Assembly: GCF_006345805.1 (NCBI RefSeq)
Contig: NC_043006.1
Span: 103,044,001-103,108,000, forward strand
DNA length: 64,000 nt
Direction of reading: 5' to 3'
From: Octopus sinensis
Lineage: Eukaryota
Shown here: positions 11,440-23,694 of the stretch, piece by piece
Numbering within the stretch: position 1 is the stretch's first letter
How the letters are laid out: each line of letters opens with the position of its first letter
Notes under the pieces: model-generated
What the model was told of the DNA's origin: nothing
What the model saw: the letters and a program-made list of their open reading frames with translations, nothing else
Database searches by the model: none
Position numbers and translations under genes: made by a program

Positions 11440-12392
11440 CCGGATGCGACACCAAATCATGAACGTCACTCGAGTTTATCATGGATTTCGCATCAGACAC
11501 ATGCCTGCTCCAAGAATTTCACGTTTCCCAATAATCTTTCTAGCTTATATTTTTATATCTAGCACTATGTTTTTCTCCATTTCTAAGTTAAGAGTTAAAA
11601 TAAAGTAACCCTGCAAAACACAACTGATCCTTACACACAGACACATAGAATAACAGCAGTCAAATAACGATGGCGGAATGCGCTACAAACATCAGCGATC
11701 TAACTATCGCCTGTGCTTTTGATAAGAGATGCCCGTTGGTCTTTTACATCTACCAGGTTCGTTTGTGTTTGCCCGAGTAGCTGGATAATTTTTCGTTCCT
11801 TTAAAAATATTGCAGAAAGGAAACTTTCTATAGATTGGCTTTTAAATCCTAATCTCTTTAGAAATATATTGTTTCAAGAAAATATTGAATTTAAATTGCT
11901 TTTAATTCTTACGATTATAGATAACAATTCGGGCAGCAACTTTCGAGGCAGGCGAGAGTGTGAACGATGTGGAGAGAACGCCTGATACGAATGATGTTTT
12001 TTGACATAAGACACCTCGAGGACGACCGCCAAGCGTTGAACGAAAATAAATGAACTCCGACCAGGCTCAATAAAGGAGCCCGATATATTAGCTGCAATTA
12101 CATACTTGAAGTCAGTGTTGGTAGGAATTAAATCGGTTTGCAAATGCACGTTCACTTTACTAAAGTTATACTCGAGCTAAGCCGGCCAGCCCGAGTGCCG
12201 GAGTCGTCACACACACACGCACACACACACACGCACACACACACACACACGCACACACACACACACACAACCACGTGTGTGTATTTATATATGTATGTAT
12301 ATAGTAATCAGATTGTAAGTTCAATTCGCTTTCTCGACGAAATATCCTAGACAATATGTGAAAAAAATCTTTAAGTTCTGAGTTCAAATCCT

Positions 12393-12593
12393 GCCATGAT
12401 AGATCGTTAGCTTATACACATATTTTTCTCTCCTTGTTCTCTCCTTGTTTTTTCTGTGTCCCTTTCTGTAGAAGAGCGTAGGCTCGAAACGTAAAAGACT
12501 TTTTCTATTCCTGAGCGTTATACTAATACCTCTGTTCGTTTTGTACACCAGCTGTCTTCGTCTTTTGTTTTTTTTCGTAAACTCTCCCTATAT
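12393..12593 (+). mobile_element. ~200-bp HHR-bearing repeat unit (PLE pseudo-LTR/retrozyme-like), subfamily A2
   Basis: Near-identical to 26922-27107. Pyrimidine-rich leader, HHR motif, CCTGAGCG motif, ends at TA. Confidence 0.7.
12462..12497 (+). ncRNA. Minimal type-I hammerhead ribozyme motif (A6U core variant)
   Basis: CTTT-CTGTAGA-A-GAGC(GTAG)GCTC-GAAA-CGT-A-AAAG: stem I 4 bp, stem II 4 bp, palindromic stem III ACGT, GUA triplet. Confidence 0.55.
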
Positions 12594-13027
12594 ACTGTAG
12601 CTTTTAGCCCCAGGAGATCATCGTCTCCAGCTGGCTTTAGGCACACTATGAGATGGCTATAATACTTTACATTGTCGAGCAGTTACTGTTTACATCTCGT
12701 TCTGAGATTTAATAATGCTTGCAGACAGTTTTTCGAAATCAGTGACGGAAGTTACTAGAAGAACTCTTATATATTTGCATACAGGCTTTCTCTTTCATCG
12801 TGATCCGGTGATTACCGCCTGTTGATAAGAGGCGACAACCTCGAAACTGCAGTCCGGTGCGTATCACTTAGGCTTACGAGAAAGGGATGGCCTCACTTTG
12901 CAAATACCATAAGGGCACAGATAGTGTGCCTAAAGCCAGCTGGAGACGATGATCTCCTGGGGCTAAAAGCTACAGTAACACCCCCCCCTTTGTGGTTAGC
13001 CATATTGAGATGGCTATTATACTTTAC

Positions 13028-13030
<3 letters not shown>
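12593..13030. repeat. Rearranged Helitron-internal fragments with a perfect 57-bp inverted repeat
   Basis: 12593-12649 is the exact reverse complement of 12921-12977. 12971-13020 is the reverse complement of the Helitron interior at ~1050-1095. Confidence 0.75.
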
Positions 13031-13086
<56 letters not shown>

Positions 13087-13115
13087 GCATATATCTACTA
13101 ACACACACACGTATG

Positions 13116-13150
<35 letters not shown>

Positions 13151-14409
13151 GAGAGAGTGTAAGCGATATTTGTACGTCTATAGATATAAAAGATTTCAAG
13201 CTGCAGTGATGAACATTGCAACTCTCAGTGTTTCCCATTTTACCAACTCTGACCTATTTTCTGCTTCCATGAGCGATACGTTCAATTACGAAAACAGTTG
13301 CAGAAAGATATTAAGCATACAACACGTTTTGACGATGTTGAAATATTTGTGTATCAGCCAGTCACTCGTTTAATATATAATGACCAAAACACCGAAATTT
13401 TAATCATCTTAAGTGGAAAAATAACAAAAACCCTTAATATTTCTATAACATGACTGTATTATGCCAGGTCTTGGTTTTCAAATAAATCAAAATAATTAAA
13501 CTAATATTTTGATATGTGACGACAAATAGGCATCAATTTTGAAGGTTTTTTTGTTTCAAGATGGAACAGTTAGAAAACAAAGGTCACAATCGCCGTTACT
13601 CTGTTTCTGAAAAACTGAAGATGTATTAAACATTTTTTCCATTAGATAGAATATATTTTTTCTTCCAATTTTGTATATCTAATAAATAAAAGCAACGTTT
13701 ACCGAAGTATGTGCTTGCATTGAAAGAAATAATTATAAAAATGTAGATACTTTGAGAATATGTAAAATATAAAAAAAAATACGGATGAATCTCGAAGCGA
13801 AAACGACTATAATTAATTCTTTTTAAGTATAGGAAAAAGCTCGTAAGGTGGCGGGGTAAAATGCTTAGCGGCTTTTTTCCCGTGTTTGCGTTCTGTGTTC
13901 AAATTCCGCCAAGGTCAACTTTGTCTTTTATCTTTGCGAGGTCGATAAAATAAGTACCAGATTCGATGTAATTGACTAGCCCTCAACTACGAAATGTCTG
14001 GCATTGTGCCAAAATTTGAAACCAATATAGGCAAAAACCCCCTGAAACTTTTGAGACGAGTCAATTACATTGAGCCTAGTGTTAAACTGGTACTTATCTT
14101 AATAACTTCGAAGTCGACCTCGGTAACATTTGAACTCAGGACATGAAGAACCGGAGGAAATAGCTGTAAAATATTTTGACTATCGCGGTTAATGATACCG
14201 CTATCTCACTACATAATACAATATTAAATCCCTCTTTCTAATACAGGTACAAGACATGAAATTTGGCGGGGGGATATAAATCGATTACATCAATCCCATT
14301 GCTCAACTAGTGCTTGTTTTATCGACCCGGAAATGATAAATGGCAAAGTCGGCCTCAGTAGCATTTGAACTCAGAAAGTAAAAACGACTCTGCCAGCAAA
14401 ATCATTTGT

Positions 14410-14850
14410 TTATGCCTCATCGACCGGTGCAGTCAGATTTCGCGCCAGAGAGGTCAACCACTGATAAAATCCTAGCTCTTCGGGTACTAATGGAATACAA
14501 GGGGAACTTTCGGCAGGGGCTGCTTGCAGCCTATTCGATCTCAACAAGGCGTTTGACAGGTATGTGCTTTGGGAGGTTCTGGAGATGCGAGGTATACTGC
14601 CTCAACTGACTGGGCTGATGGTGGCCTTGTACACCGGAACAGTCATTCCAGTTCGGATTGGGAGCTCAACGTCTGACTTTTTCCCAGTTAGATCTGGGGT
14701 CTGTGGGTGTTGTGTTTTTCCTTCTACTCTGTCCAACACTTGGATAGATTGGACACTAGGTCGAATGGTGAAACTACTATTACATACCTAGGTTTTGCTG
14801 AAGACGAAGTTATTCTAGCTGAGTCTTTTGATGTCTTAACAAGTACTCTC
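14410..14850 (+). mobile_element. RTE-clade LINE RT fragment
   Basis: QSDFAPERSTTDKILALRVLME...(F/Y)xDLNKAFD...LEMRGI...FFPVRSGV, with frameshifts. Confidence 0.8.
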
Positions 14851-14899
14851 CTTTCAATCAATCACTCAATCAATCAAACAATCAATTTTTATTGGCTCA

Positions 14900-15560
14900 A
14901 AAAGCAAAAGCAAGGCCATGTAGGAGAGTGCAGGGAGTTATGTACAGGGAGGATGGTCATACAAAGAGTTCAGGCCATTTCCGTTCAAGAGAGACTTTGA
15001 ACCGAGCGTTCGTCGGCATCTTCACTATCTAGTCCGGCAGCTTATTCCACGGATCCGCAACCCGACGGAGAAAGCCCCTCTCCTTCGATTGAGATGAAAT
15101 CGTCGTAGATAGAGCTTTTCGGAGTGACCCCGCTGCCCACGCTCTGGAGCAGGAGTGAAGAACAGCTCTTTCGAGGGGTTACACTTTCAACTTATGATGT
15201 TGTAAGAGAGAATGAGATCACCACGGCGTCGTCGTTTTTCGAGAGAAAAAGGTCGAGCGTCTTCAGCCTTTCTTCATAAGACATTGTGTAAGGAAGCAGA
15301 ACCACTTGGCCTTTTGGGTCGTGACAAAGATGCAGTTTTTTGTTGACTTCATGAAGGACTCCACCTCGTCTCTCTCTGTTACGGGTGACAATGTCGAATT
15401 TGTTGACCACTTCAATCAGTAGTGAGATTCAGAGTGGCATTAGAGGAAGGAATAAATACTAGGACAAAGCTAGTATAGTTGTGGACTCATTGGACAAAAG
15501 TGTTTGCGTTGCCGATAACTGTGCAGGATGGCAAAGATTCGGGCCTTTTGGTCTCTCGTT
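14900..15560 (-). mobile_element. CR1-like LINE 3' portion
   Basis: Minus strand: SYEERLKTLDL/FSLEKRRRRGDLILSYNII ... RVADPWNKLPD. Confidence 0.8.
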
Positions 15561-15602
15561 CCTCCCCGTCATGCTCTTTACTTGTATATATATATATATA
15601 TT

Positions 15603-15637
<35 letters not shown>

Positions 15638-15817
15638 AGAAGGTGAATGAATTATCCTAGTATGGATAATTCGGTTAACCGATACCTGGGTAGCAAATTC
15701 ACGTCAGAAAACACGGTTGAAGCTATAATGTTCTCGTGTGTAAATTTGTGTGTTTTTTTAACTATGAATAAATGAAAGAATGGAGTCGAACGACGATTTT
15801 ATCAAAATTCCTTTACT

Positions 15818-15900
15818 CTCTCGGCACATGTTTCGAAGGCTGCATATTCCTAATTCCGAAGGAATAAAGGGTGCATTATGCCGCCATCTCATCAGGAAAG
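15818..15900 (-). ncRNA. Type-I hammerhead motif, family B, left arm (U16.1C, probably inactive)
   Basis: Minus strand: CTTTC-CTGATGA-long stem II-GAAA-CATGTGC-C-GAGAG. Confidence 0.6.
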
Positions 15901-16080
15901 ACAAGGAACTTATGTCAGCACCATGAAGAGCAAAAACGTTTAGATGACTGCCCACATGATGTTCACAGTGATAATGAGTGTTTCCTTATTATTACTGTGG
16001 ACATCATTATTACTGTGGACATCATGTGGGCAGTCATCTAAACGTTTTTGCTCTTCATGGTGCTGACATAAGTTCCTTGT

Positions 16081-16163
16081 CTTTCCTGATGAGATGGCGG
16101 CATAATGCACCCTTTATTCCTTCGGAATTAGGAATATGCAGCCTTCGAAACATGAGTCGAGAG
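16081..16163 (+). ncRNA. Type-I hammerhead motif, family B, right arm
   Basis: CTTTC-CTGATGA-GATGGCGGCATA...TATGCAGCCTTC-GAAA-CATGAGT-C-GAGAG: intact core, 5-bp stem I, 10/12-bp stem II, one stem-III mismatch, GUC triplet. Confidence 0.7.
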
Positions 16164-16601
16164 TAAAGGAATTTTGTTAAAATCGTCGTTCGACTCCATC
16201 CTTTCATTTATATATATATATACCTAATAGCGAGGGATTATTAATCCGGGGAAAATACTTCACACCAAGCTAACAATATTACTAGATTAGTGAAAATATC
16301 CAGGTATTCTTATGATCGGGTCCAATGTTATGGTTGATCACAATTTTATATTGTAAATCCGTCAGTGGGATCCGGGCAAACCAGGTTTTTAAACAGAGTG
16401 ATATATAAAACAAGTTAACATAATAGTCATCAATATCTTCCCAGAAATGGGTTTGCCGAAATTAGCATTAATTCTTTAGGTCCTTCAGCTTTGCTTAGTT
16501 GATCAATACACCAATTGAGTAAACCCATTTGTAAAGGACCTATAATGACTACAGGAAACAGCTGTAAGCCGAATTTGCTCAAATAAAGAGAAAATATGTA
16601 A

Positions 16602-17106
16602 CGAGCATTAATTTTGACTTGCTATATATATATTATATATATATATAATATATATATATATACAACAATAGTATTAAGGAATGACCCTGGCTGAGGCCGT
16701 TCAACTCACTTGAAAGAGCAGCTAAACTCAAACCGCAAAATAGTAGTAATTCTGAAACTAAAGGAAAATAAAAAACATTTATCCCCTTCAACTTTGTACC
16801 ATGCATAGTTTCAACATTTTTACGTAATCGAATTTAATAAAATTAAATTAAATCCGAGCATTAATTTTGACTTGCTATATATATATATATATATATATAT
16901 ACAACAATAGTATTAAGGAATGACCCTGACAGGCCGTTCAACTCACTTGAAAGAGCAGCTAAACTCAAACCGCAAAATAGTAGTAATTCTGAAACTAAAG
17001 GAGAAATAAAAACATTTATCCCCTTCAACTTTGTACCATGCATAGTTTCAACATTTTTACGTAATAGAATTTAATTAAATTATTTCTCCTTTAGTTTCAG
17101 AATTAC
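16602..17106. repeat. 253-bp tandem duplication ending in a 25-bp inverted copy
   Basis: Units start at 16602 and 16855. 17082-17106 is the exact reverse complement of 16983-17007. Confidence 0.9.
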
Positions 17107-18629
17107 ACATATATATATACATATATATGTGTGTGTGTGTGTTTTTTTGTTGATTTTCGAGGAATACGTGTAACGTATGAGCATTCTGTTACGTAAACCG
17201 TCCCGAATTTTATCCTATTTTGCATTTCTCTTTTCTGTATTAAAGCTAAATTACTGAGTCCTCAAATCAGAAAATAATCAGCTGAGTATGGATCACCGTT
17301 CGCTGGATTTTCCTGCAAATATCTTTTATTTTTTACTAGTTTTAGCCATTAAACTGCTGCCATGCTGCGGCATCGCCTTGGATTCTGAGTCGAATGAATC
17401 GACCCCAGTACTTCATTTTTAAAGTCTGGTACTTACTCTGTCGACCGCTAAGTTGCAGTATGTAGACACACCAACAACGGTTGTCAAACGATGGTGCGGG
17501 ACAAACACAGGTACAAAGATATACGCACATGGATACACGGACACGCACACACACACACACATACGCTTATTTACGACGGGCTTCTTTCAGTTTCTGTTTA
17601 CCGAACTCCCTCACAAGTCTTTGGTTGGCCCGGGGCTATAGTAGAAGGCACTTGCCTAACGTGCTACGTAGTGGAGACAATGTACAAAAAGGATAATGCA
17701 AATAGCTGAAGATTGAAAAAGAGAATCTTTAGTAAAGTATGTTCTATCAGGAAAGCTTGGTGCTTCACAAACCTTTCACACTGTGAAAAAAAAAAAAGAA
17801 ACTGGTTCAGTATTCATGTCTTTATGTCGTCACAATTCAAAATATCTGTCAAAATATTTTTAATCACATAACTACAGAAAAGCAGACACGAAAGACAATC
17901 ATACAAACACGAAAAAATACAAAAAAGGGTTTCTTTAGTGTGTGTGAATATAAACATACGTTGCTTTTGACATCATATATCAAAAAGACAAGCCAATAGT
18001 CCGATACAAACATTTTGAGACTATATCAAAGTGTTTTATATATTCAAGGTCCTTATTCTACGTTTTTATTTTATTTTAGTTATTCAAGTCCTATATGTAA
18101 CCTAAATTTTGTCACTTGCAACACTGACAGCTTGAACATCACTACTATTACCTGAAACAAACAGTCACAGTTTACATCCAGTTTACCTCGTAAAATGATA
18201 AAATGAAATTTATAAGCTAAACTACAAAATTGCATTAAGCTCTTTACATCTCGAGAATTTTTTATAATGTGGTGTCATTATGATCTTCATGATATATATA
18301 TATGTATAGGTGAGAAAGTTGGTGTGTGAAATATATATATAATTTCAGTATTAATAATAAAAGGGTAAAATAAATTAATTATTAATAATTAATAATCTTA
18401 CCAAGCAGATTGGTACGTTAAAATAATCTTTTTAGGTAAAATTATACAAATATTCTATAATTATAAGCATAATTATAATTAGGGGTCAGCTAATTGCTTC
18501 ACCACATACCGAATTTAGAAATAGGAGTTAAAATTCCTTTTCTGCTACCATAATATTGAAATTATAATCTACTCCCTGAGATCGAACATCAACAACTAAA
18601 CGAAAGACGTATATATATATATATATATA

Positions 18630-18720
<91 letters not shown>

Positions 18721-18789
18721 ATATATATATATATATTCATATAGGTTCGTAATACCATCATTACACATAATTTTGTACAAAAATCTTAG

Positions 18790-19230
18790 AAATAATCGAT
18801 AAAGGGGACCCCGGATTGTCAGTCACAACCATTGTATATACTTCACGGTTTAAGAATGCACCCTCAGAAGTGTTGCGCATGAAGACGTGTCCGGTACCAG
18901 TCATCTGTGAAGCGGAGGATTCAGTTTATGTTGGATGGAAGAAGAGAAAATCGTTCGATTCCTTCAAAGCGATTGCTAAACTAGTTACAACATCGAGAAG
19001 CTGGAATGTTTTTAGGTTTCTCCAATGAGAAAAACATCGATGTGGAGGAAAGAGTAAACCAATGAAAAGACCGAATGGTATGCAGAGATTAGAATGTGTT
19101 CCACCGGTAATGCATATTGAGTTCCCAGCTGATGGTTCTGGGAGTATATAAGTGCTACGGAAGAGTCATAGTTAGATTCCCGTTTCGATACAGTATGAAT
19201 GACGAGTCTAATGCGGGTCCCGTGTAAGCA
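18790..19230 (-). mobile_element. Possible degenerate LINE apurinic-endonuclease relic
   Basis: Minus-strand fragments HIDVFLIGE and FHPT resemble the ...IGDFN and ...PT motifs. Many stops and frameshifts. Confidence 0.3.
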
Positions 19231-19306
19231 TGTATATGTTAATTATAATGAGACAACAAAGCCAAGGCAGTGCGAAATTTCTAGGACATTTATAAAGAGA
19301 AAGGTA

Positions 19307-19354
19307 GTCTTACAGTTGTTTCAAGGATATGATAAATATCCCTTCATCAGAGAC
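19307..19354 (-). ncRNA. Type-I hammerhead ribozyme, family C (intact core)
   Basis: Minus strand: GTCT-CTGATGA-AGGGATAT(TTATC)ATATCCTT-GAAA-CA(AC)TGT-A-AGAC. 4-bp stem I, 8-bp stem II, 3-bp stem III, GUA triplet. Confidence 0.75.
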
Positions 19355-19561
19355 GATATGAGAAAGTTAAACAGAGGGAAACTGTAGAGTTCAATGTAAG
19401 AAGTTATTTTGAAAAGGAAGAGAGATCGGAAGTATAAAGGGAAATAAGAGAATAAAAATATATGCTAGATGTTGCTACAGTTGCAGTTCCATTATCCAAG
19501 GAATTGGTCCTAGAAATTTCACATTGACTTGGCTTTGTTGTCTCATTCTATTTAACACACA

Positions 19562-19594
<33 letters not shown>

Positions 19595-19644
19595 CACACA
19601 CATATAAGTGGATTTGGTAGACGGAAACAGAAAGGAACATGTCG

Positions 19645-19679
<35 letters not shown>

Positions 19680-19846
19680 GTGCGTGTGTATTTATGTGGT
19701 TGAGTTTGTCTCTCATTACGGCTTGACAACCGAGGTAGGTGTGTTCACGCTTGAAAACAAAATAGGAATCGACGCATTCGACTGAAATCCTTCAAGGCGG
19801 TCCTCCAGCATGGCCGCTGTCTAATGATTGAACCAATGAAAAGAAT

Positions 19847-19893
<47 letters not shown>

Positions 19894-19934
19894 CATATGT
19901 ACATATATATATATATATAAAAAAAGGGTAAAGA

Positions 19935-20265
19935 CTCCCTTTCGTCATGAATGACCATGGGATTGCACCTTGAAAATTCCCCTCTGAGGCAAAAGTCCGA
20001 GCAAGTTTGTTTATGGAAGACTAGCAGTCGCTCATGCATACCAGCCTCCCCCCTTTCCATGCCACCGAAGTTATCCAAGGGGAAGGCAAAGTCTGATAAA
20101 GTTTGGTACCAGTGACATCGCAACTCATTTCTACAGCTGAGTGACCTGGAGCAACGTGAAATAAATGTCTTGCTCAAGAATACAATACACAGCCCGGTAC
20201 GGGAATCGAACTCGCTACCCCATGATTGTGAGCCCGGCGCTCTAACCAATCAACCATGCGCCCTC
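19935..20265 (-). mobile_element. tRNA-derived SINE, family 3 variant
   Basis: Reverse complement has head GCGCATGGTTGATTGGTTAGAGCG...GTTCGATTCCCG and TTGAGCAAGAC block. Related copies at 21530-21810(+), 32760-33050(-), 43985-44175(-), 50655-50960(-), 52890-53140(+). Confidence 0.75.
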
Positions 20266-20498
20266 ACGTATACACACACACAAGCACACAAACACACAAA
20301 CACACATTCTTTTCTATTCCAGGCACAAGGCCCGAAAATTTTGAGGAGGGGACCAGTCAATTAGATCGACCCCGGTACGCAACTCGACCTCGGCGGAATT
20401 TGAACTCAGAACATAAAGACAGACGAACGCATACACATATATTATGCATATATTTATTTATTTCATATATATGCATATATTTGCATGCATATATTTGC

Positions 20499-20616
<118 letters not shown>

Positions 20617-20789
20617 TATCTAATTGTTTTCGTCCTGATGACAGGGAAGTTGCAATCATTTAAAATATAATTGTCAATTATCCGATGGCCGGATAATTGA
20701 AGATATGGCGGCGTGGATTTCCGCCCCGACATCCGAAACTCGGAGTTTTATCATTACTACCGAATAATTGTCACATATCACATTTACAG

Positions 20790-21003
20790 ATATATATGTG
20801 ACCTCGTGTGTACCGTTGGCGATTTTTTCCTCTGTCTTCCCTTCTCTGGATCTTTCCTTCTCCTATGTTTCCGACGAAGAGCTCCGCTCGAAACGTTAAA
20901 CCCTCCTTCTTTCCTTCTTTCCTGAGCGTCCAATAATACTATATTTGTTCCACGTACTCGCGTTGTTGTGTTTTTTTGTGTTTTCTTGTTTGGATTAACT
21001 TTA
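20790..21003 (+). mobile_element. ~200-bp HHR-bearing repeat unit, subfamily A1
   Basis: Homologous to the reverse complement of 57669-57880. Ends in a TA/TG microsatellite. Confidence 0.7.
20867..20901 (+). ncRNA. Minimal type-I hammerhead motif (U4C variant, GUU triplet)
   Basis: GTTT-CCGACGA-A-GAGC(TCC)GCTC-GAAA-CGT-T-AAAC. Confidence 0.55.
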
Positions 21004-22512
21004 TATATATATATGCATATATATGTACAGTATATGTATATGTGTGTGTGTTGTATATGTGTGTGCTTGTGCGCACGCGTGCGTGTAGTTTTAAACAGAA
21101 CATTTTGAATGCGTTACCACAGACTTGGGTTTAGACCGTTATATCATATATGTACGTGTGTGTATGTGTGTGTGGCTGAAGGTGGGCGTTTGCGGTTGTG
21201 TGTGCATGTGTGTGTGTGGTGTGCATGTATATATGTATGTATGTATGCATGTGTGTATGTATGTGTGTATTTGTCTATGTATGTGTATGTGTGTGTCCGT
21301 GTGATATAGTGGTGATATCATTTGAATTTCCAAATCGAATAATATGCTTTTACTAATTCTAAATTTTACTGATAAACCGGTTTGCTGAGGTCTTTATGAT
21401 GGCTTCTATATGAAATTAGATTAATAACAGTTAGAAAGATAATACCTTCGATGATGGATATGTTTTAGTGAAAGTTTTTGGACTTCAATTGTGTAATTCA
21501 TTTGATATATTCCATTACACTTTACTTTGGGAGGCGCAATGGTGCAGTGGTTAGGGCAGCGGACTCGCGGTTTCGATTCCCAGACCGGCCGTTGTGTGTG
21601 TTTATTAAGCGAAAACCCCTAAAAGTTCCACGAAGCTCCGGCAGGGGATGCTGTTGTACTCTTTCGCCCCAACTTTCTCTTACTCTCTCTTCCAGTTACT
21701 TGAGTGACGCTGCGATGGACTGGCGTCTCGTCTAGCCTGGGGGAACACATACGCCACAGAAACCGGGAAACCGGGCCCATGAGCCTGGCTAGGCTTGAAG
21801 AGGGCGACGTTTACGCTTAAGTTTACTCATTTGCAATACAATTAAAAATATGGCATTCGTATAGACTCGTCTATTTTACATAATTGTTTTTAGTTTTGTC
21901 ATAATAAATGAATATTTAATTTCAAATGTTTTTATGTCCCGCATTTTGGTGTTCAATTCCTTCAGCATATCGCCATTTCTTTTTCTTGAATATAAAATTA
22001 AAATAATATTGATTTCAAATTATGACACAAAGCCAGCAACTTCGGTAGAGGGGGTAAGTCGATCACTGTGACCCCAGTTTTCAACTGCTATTTGTATTAT
22101 TGACCTGGAAATGATGATAAGCGTTGCTGACCTCGAAAGGATGAAAGGCAAAGTTGCTCTCGATGGAAGGTTGAGATCAGATTCTGCCGGGGTCCATAAA
22201 ATAAGCACCAGTTGAGGACTGGGGTCGATGTAATCGACTTACCCCGCCATCCAAATATTATAAGATAAATAATTTCAAAGTTTAGACCATCGGCTTTTGG
22301 GAAAAGGGGATTGCCGATCACATCGATCCCAGGTGATTTACTGGTACTTGTTTAATCCCCTCACGTAATTTATCGACCTCAAACGGATGAAAGTCAAAGT
22401 TAAACTTGGCGGCATTTGAACCCAGAACACAAACACCAAGAAGAAATGCCTTGCATTATTGGTTCCACCACTTCTTCTCAGTTCAAAATCTACAGAAGTC
22501 AACCCAGAACTG

Positions 22513-22974
22513 AGATCCTTTCGGTTTGAACGGCAGTTTTAAAAATAATTTCCACGTAACAAAACACTTTTAAACTTCGTATACTGGTAGAATGTGTTTA
22601 TAAAACACCTTTTTCTCTTGGCTTTATTCAGAAAATTCTAAGGTTTGTAAGATATTTGTTGTTTTTTCTTCAATTTCTGCAATTTCAACCAATCAATGAC
22701 GTCTATTGAGGTAAAAACATTCTGTGCCGTATGAAAATGTCCCTCTTTTAAGAAACAGATTGGGTTTATTTACGTTTCTGAAGAAAAAAATGATACCCTT
22801 CCCCCACCCCTAACCCTAACCCTAACTAAACCTAACTAACCCTAAATAACCCTAACTCTAACCCTAACCCTAAAATAGATTGGAATGCAATAGATCGATA
22901 CTAGGGTCATAATTATGGGTGACAATTTCATATGACACCGCTAGAAAAAACTACCGTTCAAACCGAAAAGATCC
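22513..22974. mobile_element. MITE with ~26-bp TIRs, 8-bp TSD and internal (CCCTAA)n
   Basis: TIRs AGATCCTTTCGGTTTGAACGGCAGTTT / AAACTACCGTTCAAACCGAAAAGATCC. Flanks CAGAACTG and TAGAACTG (7/8). Telomere-like tract 22808-22873. Sister copy at 33668-34117. Confidence 0.82.
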
Positions 22975-23645
22975 TAGAACTGTATGGATTCGAGATCGAT
23001 AAAAATAATGTACGACTTAAGTACTAAGAATAATAGAATCGACTAATTCCTGTTCTGTAAAAGTACTAGTTTCCTATCGAAATTCGAAATTATTATTTGG
23101 AATGTCGCAACGTTTGTCAGAAGATAAACTCACAACCGGATGCTTCTATTAAATTCATTTGTCTTCAAAAATAGAATTTTGTAGCGTACAACGTACTACT
23201 GATACAATAAAAATAACGGAGAAATATATTTTTTCAAAATTTACATATTACCACTTCACAGTCATTTCCATTGTTATTCTATTTCTTTACAAATACATCC
23301 CCGCCGCCTTCTAGATCTCTACATGGCCTGCTATTGTTTTCATACTACTGGATATTCCTGATAGGTCAATGTACAGGAATAACTGGCAATGTTATTTTAA
23401 TGTTTGACGACCTCCCATGAGAAGACAAACATATTCCTAGTGACCAATGTCTTTCAAGAGGATACTCTGTTCATAGTAAATATATATGCTGCATCGAGAA
23501 AGATGCGCATATACACACGTTTATATATATATATTTATATATAAAAATGTGTGTGTGTCTGTATGCATGTGTTTGTGTGAATGTGTGAGTGTGCGCGTAT
23601 ATGTATAACTATCTATCTATCTATCTCTATATATACATACATATA

Positions 23646-23694
<49 letters not shown>

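Larger units (their letters stand above)
15768..16211. repeat. ~210-bp-arm fold-back of an HHR-bearing unit (family B)
   Basis: 15768-15978 is the reverse complement of ~16004-16211 at high identity. The spacer contains an 18-bp tandem duplication (TTATTACTGTGGACATCA x2). Homologous single unit at 45920-46170. Confidence 0.9.

Noticed and set aside
22808-22873. CCCTAA tracts as a true telomere or chromosome-fusion scar
   Set aside because: Short, degenerate and internal to two copies of a TIR element.
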